From assembly GCA_004357415.1 (NCBI GenBank), contig SMVY01000029.1:1-41460 (forward strand): 41,460 nucleotides of DNA, given 5' to 3'. Positions 9,057 through 17,852 of this stretch are shown piece by piece. The translations under genes and the position numbers were made by a program. The stretch comes from Gemmatimonadota bacterium (GTDB lineage: Bacteria; Gemmatimonadota; Gemmatimonadetes; Gemmatimonadales; GWC2-71-9). How positions within the stretch are numbered: the first letter of the stretch is position 1; each line of letters opens with the position of its first letter. The notes beneath the pieces were generated by a model. That model did not search any database and had not been told where the DNA came from. It was given only the letters and a program-made list of their open reading frames with translations.

Positions 9057-10202
9057 ATGATGTTCGAGTTGGAAGAAGACCAGAGTGTGCAGACTGCCCG
9101 CATGAAGGTCGTCGGTGTCGGTGGCGGCGGCGGCAACGCGGTGAATCGAATGATCGACGAGCGCTTGGCGGGTGTCGAATTCATCTCCGTCAACACCGAC
9201 GCGCAGGCCCTGAGTCATTCCAAGTCCGACCACCGGGTGCAGATCGGCAAGAAGCTCACCCGGGGGCTGGGCGCCGGTGCCCGGCCCGAGATCGGGCGCC
9301 AGGCCATCGAAGAGAACAAGGACGAAGTCCTGCACGCCATCCAGAACTCGGATCTGGTGTTCGTGACCTGCGGGATGGGTGGCGGCACGGGCACGGGCGC
9401 GGCACCGATGGTGGCCCAGTTGGCGCGCGACATCGGGGCGCTCACCGTGGGTATCGTGACCAAGCCGTTCCTGTTCGAGGGTCGCAAGCGGATGCGCCAG
9501 GCCGAAATGGGTATCGCGGAGATGCGCAAGAACGTGGACACCATGATCGTGGTGCCCAACGAGCGGTTGCTGGCCGTGGTAGGGAAGGGCATACCGTTCC
9601 AGGACGCGCTCAAGAAGGCCGACGAAGTCCTGCTCCACGCCACCCAAGGTATCGCCACGCTCATCACCTCCACCGGCATCATCAACGTCGACTTCGCCGA
9701 CGTCCGCACCATCATGCAGAACGGCGGCGCCGCCCTGATGGGAACCGGCATCGGCCGGGGCGAGAACCGGGCACTCGAAGCGGCCCAGCAGGCCATCGCC
9801 AGTCCCCTGCTGGACAACGTGTCCATTACCGGCGCCACTGGGGTGCTGATCAACATTACCGGCGGCGAAGACCTGACTCTGGGCGAGGCCACCCAGATCA
9901 ATGAGATCATCCATGACGCTGCCGGTGAGGACGCCGAGATCATCTTCGGGTCCGCCAGCGATCCCGCCATGGAGGGCGAGGTGCGGGTGACCGTCATCGC
10001 CACCGGGTTCGACCGGCAGGTAACCGGCGAGGCGGCGAGCCGGAGCGCCGGCATTCTGAGTTTTCCGTCGCCACAGCGAGTGACGCATCCGGCAATGCCT
10101 CCCGCCAAGCCGGAAACTCAGCGGGCCGCATCGTCGTCGGACAGTGGTACTGAAGTGCCCGAAATGGAGATCCCCACCTTTATCCGGCGGCAAATGGATT
10201 GA
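9057..10202 (+). CDS. ftsZ: cell division GTPase FtsZ
   Basis: Motifs GVGGGGGNAVNRM, tubulin signature GMGGGTGTGAAP, NVDFADV, and C-terminal peptide IPTFIRRQ. ATG at 9057 is preceded by AGAGAGGA. The track start (8949) overlaps ftsA. Confidence 0.97.
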   Translation: MMFELEEDQSVQTARMKVVGVGGGGGNAVNRMIDERLAGVEFISVNTDAQALSHSKSDHRVQIGKKLTRGLGAGARPEIGRQAIEENKDEVLHAIQNSDLVFVTCGMGGGTGTGAAPMVAQLARDIGALTVGIVTKPFLFEGRKRMRQAEMGIAEMRKNVDTMIVVPNERLLAVVGKGIPFQDALKKADEVLLHATQGIATLITSTGIINVDFADVRTIMQNGGAALMGTGIGRGENRALEAAQQAIASPLLDNVSITGATGVLINITGGEDLTLGEATQINEIIHDAAGEDAEIIFGSASDPAMEGEVRVTVIATGFDRQVTGEAASRSAGILSFPSPQRVTHPAMPPAKPETQRAASSSDSGTEVPEMEIPTFIRRQMD

Positions 10203-11437
10203 GGAAACAGCACGCATTCCTGTTCACCGTCGGTCTAGTCGCCGCCACCGGAGTCACCGTGTGGCGGCGTCCTCGTCCGTTGCCGGTAGCGCCGCCCATC
10301 GTAGTGAGCCGGGCATTCGACACCGTGTCCGACACCCTGCGCTGGGGCGAGACGATCTCGGAACTCTTTGATAGACAAGGGGTTGCCGGGCTCGCCCTCG
10401 ACCGGTTCGATGACGAAGTGGCCCTCGATCCTCGACGCCTCCGCGCCGGTATGGTGTTCACCTTCGTGCGCGAGTTGCCCGGCATCGTTCCGGTGGAGGT
10501 CAGCGTTCGTCCCGACGCGGCACGCATCGTCCGCTACCGGCATACGGCCGATGGATGGACGGCTCTGGTGGACACTATTCGCTGGTCACCCGACGTGGTG
10601 CGTCTCGAAGGCGCCATCGACCACTCGCTGTACGTGGCACTCGACGGACTGGTCGCCGACTCAGTCCTCGAACGCGGCGAGCGCACGCGTCTCGCATGGG
10701 AATTGGCCGAGATCTACGCCTGGACCGTCGATTTCACCCGAGACATACGTCCCGGCGACCATTTTCAGATTCTCCTCGAGCGCGACGTATCGAGCGAGGG
10801 CGAGGTCCGCTTCGGGCGAGTCCTCGCCGCGGACCTCACCATCATGGGGCGGCGGCTTCCCGCGTTTCGTTTCGTCCATCCCGACAATTCACTCGCCTAC
10901 TACGACGACCGAGGCTTGTCGCTGCGCCGGGCCTTCCTGCGGTACCCGGTCCGCTTCCGGCGAATTTCGTCCCGCTTCAGCTCGGCCCGGCTCCACCCGG
11001 TGCTGGGGGTAACCCGGAAGCACGTGGGGATCGACTACGCCGCCGACCGGGGGACGCCAGTCATGGCAACGGCCGACGGCGTGGTTCTGCGGGCGGGACT
11101 GGCCGGCGGCTATGGCCGGTTGGTGGAAATACGGCACAAGAACGGCATCATCACCCGGTACGCCCACCTGAACGGATTTGCCAAGGGGGTCCGCAAGGGG
11201 AGCAGAGTGATCCAGGGACAGACAATCGGCTACGTCGGCATGACCGGTTTGGCCAATGCTCCTCACCTGCACTACGAGTTTCGGGAACACGGCCGGCCGC
11301 GGAATCCTCTTGCGGTCGACTTCGGTAACGGCGATCCCATCAGCGAGGGCGAACGGGCGGCGTTCGATGTCCGCCGGCAACAGCTCGAGCAGCGTCTGTA
11401 TCCCCCAGAGCAATCGTTCGCCCAGGGCGGCGAGTAG
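10199..11437 (+). CDS. M23 (LytM-type) metallopeptidase with N-terminal membrane anchor
   Basis: Catalytic motifs are intact: HVGIDY (HxxxD), YAHL, HLHYE (HxH). N-terminal hydrophobic segment FLFTVGLVAATGV. The only plausible start is TTG at 10199, overlapping the ftsZ TGA by 4 nt. Confidence 0.88.
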   Translation: MRKQHAFLFTVGLVAATGVTVWRRPRPLPVAPPIVVSRAFDTVSDTLRWGETISELFDRQGVAGLALDRFDDEVALDPRRLRAGMVFTFVRELPGIVPVEVSVRPDAARIVRYRHTADGWTALVDTIRWSPDVVRLEGAIDHSLYVALDGLVADSVLERGERTRLAWELAEIYAWTVDFTRDIRPGDHFQILLERDVSSEGEVRFGRVLAADLTIMGRRLPAFRFVHPDNSLAYYDDRGLSLRRAFLRYPVRFRRISSRFSSARLHPVLGVTRKHVGIDYAADRGTPVMATADGVVLRAGLAGGYGRLVEIRHKNGIITRYAHLNGFAKGVRKGSRVIQGQTIGYVGMTGLANAPHLHYEFREHGRPRNPLAVDFGNGDPISEGERAAFDVRRQQLEQRLYPPEQSFAQGGE

Positions 11438-11461
11438 CCCCATCCGACATTCGTTGGTCTC

Positions 11462-13273
11462 ATGACGCTGGCCATCATTCTTGGCGCGATCATTCTCTCC
11501 GCCACAACCTACCTGGTCTTCGAACGGCTCGGACGCCGGGCGCTCCTCCCCGTGGCGGCCCGCAGCGTGGCCTGGGCCGGATTGGGCCTGCTGCTCTTCA
11601 ATGTGAGTTGCCCCACGCCCGGCAGCGATCGGGTACCCCTGATCCTCATCGACGGCTCCCTGAGCATGCGGTCCGACACGGCGGCATTCCGTCGCATCAG
11701 AGACTCGGCCGCCGTGGCCGGCGACGTGGTGTTTTTCGGTGACGAGCGGGCCGCCGTGGACTCACTGCCCCGTGGACGGTCCCGCATCCGCGATCGATTG
11801 CTGGCCGCCGTGGTCTCCGGCCGGTCGGTGCAGGTCATCACCGATGGCGAATTGGACGACGGCGCCGAACTCACCGAGGAGCTCCTGGCTGGGGTTGCCG
11901 TCGACCTCCGTCCGCGGGTCGACACACCGGCCGTCGTTGTGACTCAGATTCGGGGGCCGGCCCGGCTGACCGCGGGCGACACTTTGGTACTCGAGGGAGA
12001 GATACGCACGTTCGGCCGCTGGACGCAGGACTCCGCCACGGTGACGGTTCACGCCGGCGACCGGCTGGTGGCTCGGGTGCGCGTGCCGGTGGCGGCCATG
12101 GGTCGGACGACATTCCGGGTAGCGGGAACGACGCGCCGCCTAGCCGCTGGGGAGCAGGTGCTGACTGTACGGGTAGCCGGTGCGGGACTCGATTCGCTGT
12201 CGAGTACTCGCTGGCACCACATCACGGTAGTGGCCACGCCGGGTGTCGTGCTGGTCGCCGATCCCGGAGACTGGGACAGCCGGTTTCTTTACCGGACCCT
12301 CATCGACGTGGCCGACCTTCCGGTGCGCGGGTACGTCAAGTTGGCCAACGACCAATGGCGGTCGATGGCCGATCTCGAACCCGTCAACGAGTCCACGGTG
12401 AGGCGTGCGGCACGCGGCGCCGATCTGCTGATTCTCAAAGGGCGGCCGGGAACGTTGGCAACCGGTTCGCGGGCGCGGGGACTGTGGCGCTGGCCCAGCG
12501 GGGAGAACGGCGCGCTGCAACTGGAGGGGGACTGGTACCTGACGCCGGGATCCGTCTCTCCCCTGGGTCAGGCCTTTGTCGGTATCGCAGTCGATTCCTT
12601 TCCTCCCGCGGCCCACATCACCCCGGTCGAGGTCAGGGACGATGAATGGGTGGGGCTGTTGGCTCAGGAAGGGCGGCGCGGTGCCCTCCGGCCGGTCATC
12701 ATCGGGGGCGAGCGGGGGGAGCGGGCGAGTGGCGGGGGGCGGCTCCGGTACGTTGTGGTGGCGGCGGACGGGTTTTGGCGCTGGGCGTTCTCCGGGGGGA
12801 GCAGCGAACAGGGCTATCGCTCTTGGGTGGCGGCGACGACCTCCTGGCTCTTGGGTGGGGCAGACTCGCTCGCCGGTGTGGCGGTTCCCGTGGCAGCCAT
12901 CGTCCACAACGCGCGCCCCCTCATGTTCCGCTGGATGGGCCCGGGCGATGCGGCCGACGTCCCCATCAGGTTCGACGGTGGGCAGACGGTGGTGGACGAC
13001 ACCCTGTCGTTCGATGGGACAGGGCGTGCCCGGGTGTGGCTCCCCGTAGGCCGCTACCGCTACCTGACGCCTGATGGCGCCGGCGGAGTGGTGGCGGTCG
13101 AGCCGTACTCCGACGAATGGCTTCCGCGCACGGTTACCTTACAGCGGCGAACGCCGGCGGCAGTCGTGTCCACGACGCGGACGTCCGCGCGTGAGGTGTT
13201 GTGGCTGTTCGGGTTGGTCGTGCTGGCCCTGGCCGCCGAGTGGCTGGCACGGCGGCACCTGGGACTGCGGTAA
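11462..13273 (+). CDS. membrane protein with vWA-like (MIDAS DxSxS) domain, BatA-like architecture
   Basis: 603 aa. Two N-terminal TM segments and one C-terminal TM (VLWLFGLVVLALAAEWL). LILIDGSLSM (DxSxS) and VITDGE resemble vWA MIDAS motifs. No closer family recognised by eye. Confidence 0.6.
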   Translation: MTLAIILGAIILSATTYLVFERLGRRALLPVAARSVAWAGLGLLLFNVSCPTPGSDRVPLILIDGSLSMRSDTAAFRRIRDSAAVAGDVVFFGDERAAVDSLPRGRSRIRDRLLAAVVSGRSVQVITDGELDDGAELTEELLAGVAVDLRPRVDTPAVVVTQIRGPARLTAGDTLVLEGEIRTFGRWTQDSATVTVHAGDRLVARVRVPVAAMGRTTFRVAGTTRRLAAGEQVLTVRVAGAGLDSLSSTRWHHITVVATPGVVLVADPGDWDSRFLYRTLIDVADLPVRGYVKLANDQWRSMADLEPVNESTVRRAARGADLLILKGRPGTLATGSRARGLWRWPSGENGALQLEGDWYLTPGSVSPLGQAFVGIAVDSFPPAAHITPVEVRDDEWVGLLAQEGRRGALRPVIIGGERGERASGGGRLRYVVVAADGFWRWAFSGGSSEQGYRSWVAATTSWLLGGADSLAGVAVPVAAIVHNARPLMFRWMGPGDAADVPIRFDGGQTVVDDTLSFDGTGRARVWLPVGRYRYLTPDGAGGVVAVEPYSDEWLPRTVTLQRRTPAAVVSTTRTSAREVLWLFGLVVLALAAEWLARRHLGLR

Positions 13274-13285
13274 CGCAGAAGGGCT

Positions 13286-14212
13286 ATGGCAGGGACGAGA
13301 CTCAACGCACAGAAGATGGGCTTGTGGGGACGCATCAAGCGGCTGGCATTGACCGATGTCGGTGCGTTGGTTCGTGGGCTTCGGGCCGAGGACCTCGAGG
13401 CCCTGGAACGGTTGTTGATCGAGGCGGACTTCGGCGTGCCCGCCACCATGGACCTGGTCGAAGGTCTTGAGGCGGACGTGCGCCGCGGGACACTCAAGAC
13501 GACCGATGACCTCCATCGAGCCCTCGACGACCGGCTGCGGTCCCTGCTGGCCAACGGAGATACGCCCGGCGATCTCCGCCGGGCCGAAGCCGGACCCACG
13601 GTCATTCTGGTAGTCGGGGTCAACGGGGTGGGGAAGACCACGACCATCGCCAAACTGGCGCACCGGCTCCAGCGCGAGGGCCGTTCGGTGCTCCTTGTGG
13701 CGGCCGACACTTACCGCGCTGGGGCCGTCGCCCAACTGGAGATCTGGGCCGAACGGTTGGGCGTGCCGTGCGTGAGCGGGATCGCCGGCGGCGATCCCGC
13801 AGCGGTAGCCTTCGATGCCATTGATGCGGCTACGGCACGGGACATCGACACGGTGCTGATCGACACGGCGGGGCGGTTGCACACCCAGGACGGCCTGATG
13901 GACGAGTTGCGGAAAGTGCACCGGGTGGTGGGTCGCAGGATCCCGGGTGCGCCACACGAAACCCTCCTGGTGCTCGACGGTACCGTCGGGCAGAACGCAG
14001 TCCAGCAGGGGCGGCGATTCTCTGAGGTCGTAGCACCGACGGGCATCATCGTGACCAAGCTCGACGGCAGCGCGCGCGGTGGCGCAGTGGTGGCTCTGCG
14101 GCGGGAACTCGACCTCCCCATCCGTTTCATCGGACTGGGCGAGCGGTTGGAAGATCTCGAACCGTTCGACCCGGCGACCTATGCCGGCTACCTCCTCACC
14201 GACGATGGCTGA
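13286..14212 (+). CDS. ftsY: signal recognition particle receptor FtsY (NG domain only)
   Basis: Motifs VVGVNGVGKTTTIAKLA, DTAGRLH, TKLDGSARGG. 308 aa with no long acidic A domain. Confidence 0.95.
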   Translation: MAGTRLNAQKMGLWGRIKRLALTDVGALVRGLRAEDLEALERLLIEADFGVPATMDLVEGLEADVRRGTLKTTDDLHRALDDRLRSLLANGDTPGDLRRAEAGPTVILVVGVNGVGKTTTIAKLAHRLQREGRSVLLVAADTYRAGAVAQLEIWAERLGVPCVSGIAGGDPAAVAFDAIDAATARDIDTVLIDTAGRLHTQDGLMDELRKVHRVVGRRIPGAPHETLLVLDGTVGQNAVQQGRRFSEVVAPTGIIVTKLDGSARGGAVVALRRELDLPIRFIGLGERLEDLEPFDPATYAGYLLTDDG

Positions 14213-14228
14213 CACGGCGACCTGATCG

Positions 14229-16304
14229 ATGGGTGCCCTGCGAGCAGACACCAAGATCCAGTTCCTGAAGGGCATCGGTACCCGCCGGGCTGAAGCCTTC
14301 GCCCGGCTCGGCGTGTTTACCGCGCAAGACCTTCTGTGGCACCTCCCTCACCGGTACATAGACGCCTCGCAGGTGACGCCGTTGGCCAAGGCCCGCGTTG
14401 GGGATGAAGTGGCCTGTGTCGGTCAGGTGGTGGATACCGGCATCCAACCGACACGGCGGGGCCTCAAGATCTTCCGCGCCGTGCTACGCGACGCGTCGGG
14501 TCTGCTGGAGTGTGCCTGGCCGGGGCAGCCGTTCCTCGAACGGAGCATTCGCCCGGGTCAAACGCTGCTGGTGGCCGGCACCGTCAGGTTCTATCACGGC
14601 CGGCAGTTGTCGCCCCGCGAGTTCATCGTCCTGGCGGAGGGCAACGGCGAGGACGCGGAAACCGGCCCTGTGATCGGAACCGTGCTCCCGGTCTACCCCG
14701 CCACCGAGGGGTTGAGTCACAAACAGATCCGGGGACTCATCCAGCGCCATCTGGACGAATTGATCGCCTTGCAGGTCGACGCCATGCCCGAGGCGCTCCG
14801 CTCGGAGTTGGCACTCCCCGGAGTGCAACAGGCACTGCGGGCGGTCCATCAGCCTGGTTCGCTCCTCGAGGCGGAAGCTGGTCGGCGGCGGTTGGCCTTC
14901 GACGAACTCTTCGATCTGCAGTTGATGCTGGTTCGCGCGCGCACCCTGGCCAAGCGGCAGCGCGCCGGGGTGTCGTTCGAGATCCGCCGCGACCTCACGA
15001 CCAAGCTGAAGGAGGGTCTGCCGTTCACCCTCACCCACGATCAGGTGCGTGCCGTACGAGAAATCACCGGCGACATGACCGCGCCTGAGCGGATGCACCG
15101 GCTGTTGATGGGTGACGTAGGAACCGGGAAGACGGTGGTGGCGCTGTTCGCCATGTTGCTGGCGGTCGAGAACGACTATCAGGCCGCCCTCATGGCGCCG
15201 ACCGAGCTGTTGGCCGAACAACACGTGGCCACGCTGCAGGCGTTGTTGCGACCGCTGGGAATAGCGCCCGATCTGCTGATCGGCCGGTTGACCGCCTCCG
15301 AAAAAAGCGCCACGCGGCGACGGCTGTCCGAGGGGCGTTCGCGGGTGGTGGTGGGGACGCACGCGCTGATGCAGGAGAGCGTCTCGTTTCGACGATTGGG
15401 CTTGGTGGTGATCGACGAACAGCACCGCTTCGGGGTGGAGCAACGGGCGGCGCTGATTGGCAAGGGCACAACGCCCGACGTGCTGTTGTTGTCGGCGACT
15501 CCCATTCCCCGGTCGCTGGCGCTGACGATGTATGGTGACCTCGACATGTCCGTACTCCGTGAACGTCCCCCCGGCCGGGGAGACGTCCGCACCGACATCC
15601 GTGCCGGTCGCCGGCGCCAGTCCGTCGTGGCGTTATTGCGCGAGCGGTGCGGACGGGGGGAGCAGGCCTATGTCGTTCTCCCGGTGATCGAGGAATCGGA
15701 ACGGGTCGACCTGCGGGCCGCGACCACCATGGCCGAGACTCTCCGCGCCGAACTGACCGAACTGACGATCGGGTTGGTCCACGGGCGCCTGAAGGCGGAG
15801 GAGCGGGACACCATCATGCGCCGATTTCGTGCCGGGGAGATCGACGTTCTGGTGGCGACGACGGTCATCGAAGTGGGCATCGACGTCGCCAACGCCACCA
15901 TCATGGTGATTCACCACCCCGAACGGTTCGGGCTGGCCCAGTTGCATCAACTGCGCGGACGGATCGGACGTGGTGGTGATGATAGCGTGTGCGTCCTCAT
16001 GGTAGACGGTACTGTGCCGCCCAGGCTGGAGAGCTTTGCGCGGACCACCGACGGATTCCGGATCGCGGAACTGGATCTGGCCGAGCGGGGAATGGGCGAC
16101 TTGATCGGCGCTCGCCAATCGGGAGGATTCGTCCTGCGCCATGCGAAGTTGCCCGAGGATGCCGAGTTGTTGGAGCGGGCCCGGCAGGAAGCGCGCGGTC
16201 TGATCGAAAAAGATCCCGGACTCACTGCGGCCCGGCATCAGGGTCTTCGGGAGCGGGCGGTGCGCCGATACCCGCGGGCGGCCGAGCTGTTCCGCGTCGG
16301 CTAG
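14229..16304 (+). CDS. recG: ATP-dependent DNA helicase RecG
   Basis: 691 aa. N-terminal wedge region, helicase motifs GDVGTGKTVVA, DEQHRFG, LSATPIPRSL, QLHQLRGRIGRG. Confidence 0.96.
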   Translation: MGALRADTKIQFLKGIGTRRAEAFARLGVFTAQDLLWHLPHRYIDASQVTPLAKARVGDEVACVGQVVDTGIQPTRRGLKIFRAVLRDASGLLECAWPGQPFLERSIRPGQTLLVAGTVRFYHGRQLSPREFIVLAEGNGEDAETGPVIGTVLPVYPATEGLSHKQIRGLIQRHLDELIALQVDAMPEALRSELALPGVQQALRAVHQPGSLLEAEAGRRRLAFDELFDLQLMLVRARTLAKRQRAGVSFEIRRDLTTKLKEGLPFTLTHDQVRAVREITGDMTAPERMHRLLMGDVGTGKTVVALFAMLLAVENDYQAALMAPTELLAEQHVATLQALLRPLGIAPDLLIGRLTASEKSATRRRLSEGRSRVVVGTHALMQESVSFRRLGLVVIDEQHRFGVEQRAALIGKGTTPDVLLLSATPIPRSLALTMYGDLDMSVLRERPPGRGDVRTDIRAGRRRQSVVALLRERCGRGEQAYVVLPVIEESERVDLRAATTMAETLRAELTELTIGLVHGRLKAEERDTIMRRFRAGEIDVLVATTVIEVGIDVANATIMVIHHPERFGLAQLHQLRGRIGRGGDDSVCVLMVDGTVPPRLESFARTTDGFRIAELDLAERGMGDLIGARQSGGFVLRHAKLPEDAELLERARQEARGLIEKDPGLTAARHQGLRERAVRRYPRAAELFRVG

Positions 16305-16305
16305 C

Positions 16306-16761
16306 TCAGAAATTGATTTCGATCCCCACTCCCACCGCGTCACCCATGTCCTGCACCAGGGGAGCGAAGGGGATGTTGTCGTCTGGGACACCGGGCGGGC
16401 GGGTGAATTCGTAGATGAACATGGCCGCGGCGCCCAAGAGCGCCGCCTGGCCGGCGATCAGGAACCGGCGTGATGACGTGTCCAGCCGCGAGGTCCGCTG
16501 GAACAGCTCCTCGCTTATCGGGTCGTGGTAGATGCCCGAGTCGTCCACGGTACACAGCTGGGGATCGCTGAGGCACCGGTTCGTAAGGTCGTCGAACGAC
16601 TGGTTGGCCCGCTCGTTGGCTTCCGAAGATGCCAGATTGAAACCGACCGTCACCACCAGCAGGCCCCACTTGCCGTACTTGATCCAGGGGGAGATTTCCT
16701 GGGCGCCAAGTTGCCCCGGCAAGCCCAGAAGCAGCAGGAGCAACAGGACAACCCTCGTCAC
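16306..16761 (-). CDS. small secreted/envelope protein of unknown function
   Basis: GTG at 16761 forms a GTGA overlap with the upstream BamB-like stop. Signal-like VTRVVLLLLLLLGLPGQLGAQE, two hydrophobic segments, C-terminal GVGIEINF ending in Phe. The track start at 16851 would lie inside the upstream gene. Confidence 0.55.
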   Translation of the reverse strand: MTRVVLLLLLLLGLPGQLGAQEISPWIKYGKWGLLVVTVGFNLASSEANERANQSFDDLTNRCLSDPQLCTVDDSGIYHDPISEELFQRTSRLDTSSRRFLIAGQAALLGAAAMFIYEFTRPPGVPDDNIPFAPLVQDMGDAVGVGIEINF

Positions 16762-17843
16762 TGACTGACCAGCCGGTGGATGTCCCCAATTCCCCCAAAG
16801 GCGAGGAAACCGTCCGGCATGATGATGGGGGCCACGGCGATGGGGCGCCACAACGCCAGCTGCCAGGCTTCGGTGCCGTCGATTTCCAGGGCCCGGATGA
16901 CGCCATCAGCGCCACCAAGGAGCAACCACCGGTCGAAGCGCGACAGCGGGGCGGTGACCGGCCACTCGAGTTCGGCTATCAGGGTGGCCTCCGGCGCGGG
17001 ATCGGGGTCGATGCGGTACACGTTTCCCGGACGCGTTACCACGAACACCGTGTCGCCGCTCACGACCGGGGAGACGAGGACCTCGGACTCGACGGGTACC
17101 TGCCATACGATGTTCAGGTCGCGCCGGTCCATCTTGAAGACGGTCCCCGACGTGGTACCGGCTATCAGATAAGTGCCCGTTTCGGCCCAATTCGAGGTTA
17201 TCGATCCGGGAGCGCTCATCCGCTGTACCACTCGTCCGTCTTCCAGTGAGATGCGGTAGATGGTGTCGAGCGTGGTGGCCACCAGGTTGCCATCCTCCCC
17301 GAGGACCGGTGCCGCCAGGGCTACGCCGAGGTTTCGCTGCCACTCGAACGCACCATCCCACGTTCTGAGGGCGAACAAGATCCCGAGGTTGCTATGGGCA
17401 ACGACTTTCCCGTCCGTTACCAGCAGCGGCACGGAAATTCGGTCGGTTCGTTCTTGCCAGATTTCCTTCCCGTCGGCGCTGCTCACCGCCCGGATGCTGC
17501 CTCCCGGCCGGTCCGAGCCAATAAACAGGGTGTCACCCGCGTGGGCCACGCCACCGACCAGGGCTCCGGGCAGCCGTTTGTTCCACAACTTTCTCCCCGT
17601 GGCGGTCTCGATTGCGTAGACCCTCCGGTCGAGCGCCCCCGCGTAGATGACAGAATCGGTCACCACCATGCTGCCGCTGAAGCCACTGCCGAACTTGTCC
17701 TCCCACGCCAATTCCAGTGGCAGGGAGCCCTCCTGTTCCGGTACCGGCGGGGGGGGGACGCGGGTGGCGAAGCAGCCCGCGTTGACGAGGCTCGCGAGGG
17801 CCGCTACACTCCACGCGCCTGCTGGTAATACCCGTCTTAGCAT
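16758..17843 (-). CDS. PQQ-like beta-propeller lipoprotein, BamB-like
   Basis: Lipobox LVNAGC at residues 19-24. Repeated ...G.V.A.D...G...W... blades typical of BamB/PQQ-repeat propellers. 361 aa. Confidence 0.75.
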   Translation of the reverse strand: MLRRVLPAGAWSVAALASLVNAGCFATRVPPPPVPEQEGSLPLELAWEDKFGSGFSGSMVVTDSVIYAGALDRRVYAIETATGRKLWNKRLPGALVGGVAHAGDTLFIGSDRPGGSIRAVSSADGKEIWQERTDRISVPLLVTDGKVVAHSNLGILFALRTWDGAFEWQRNLGVALAAPVLGEDGNLVATTLDTIYRISLEDGRVVQRMSAPGSITSNWAETGTYLIAGTTSGTVFKMDRRDLNIVWQVPVESEVLVSPVVSGDTVFVVTRPGNVYRIDPDPAPEATLIAELEWPVTAPLSRFDRWLLLGGADGVIRALEIDGTEAWQLALWRPIAVAPIIMPDGFLAFGGIGDIHRLVSQ

Positions 17844-17852
17844 AGGCTACCG

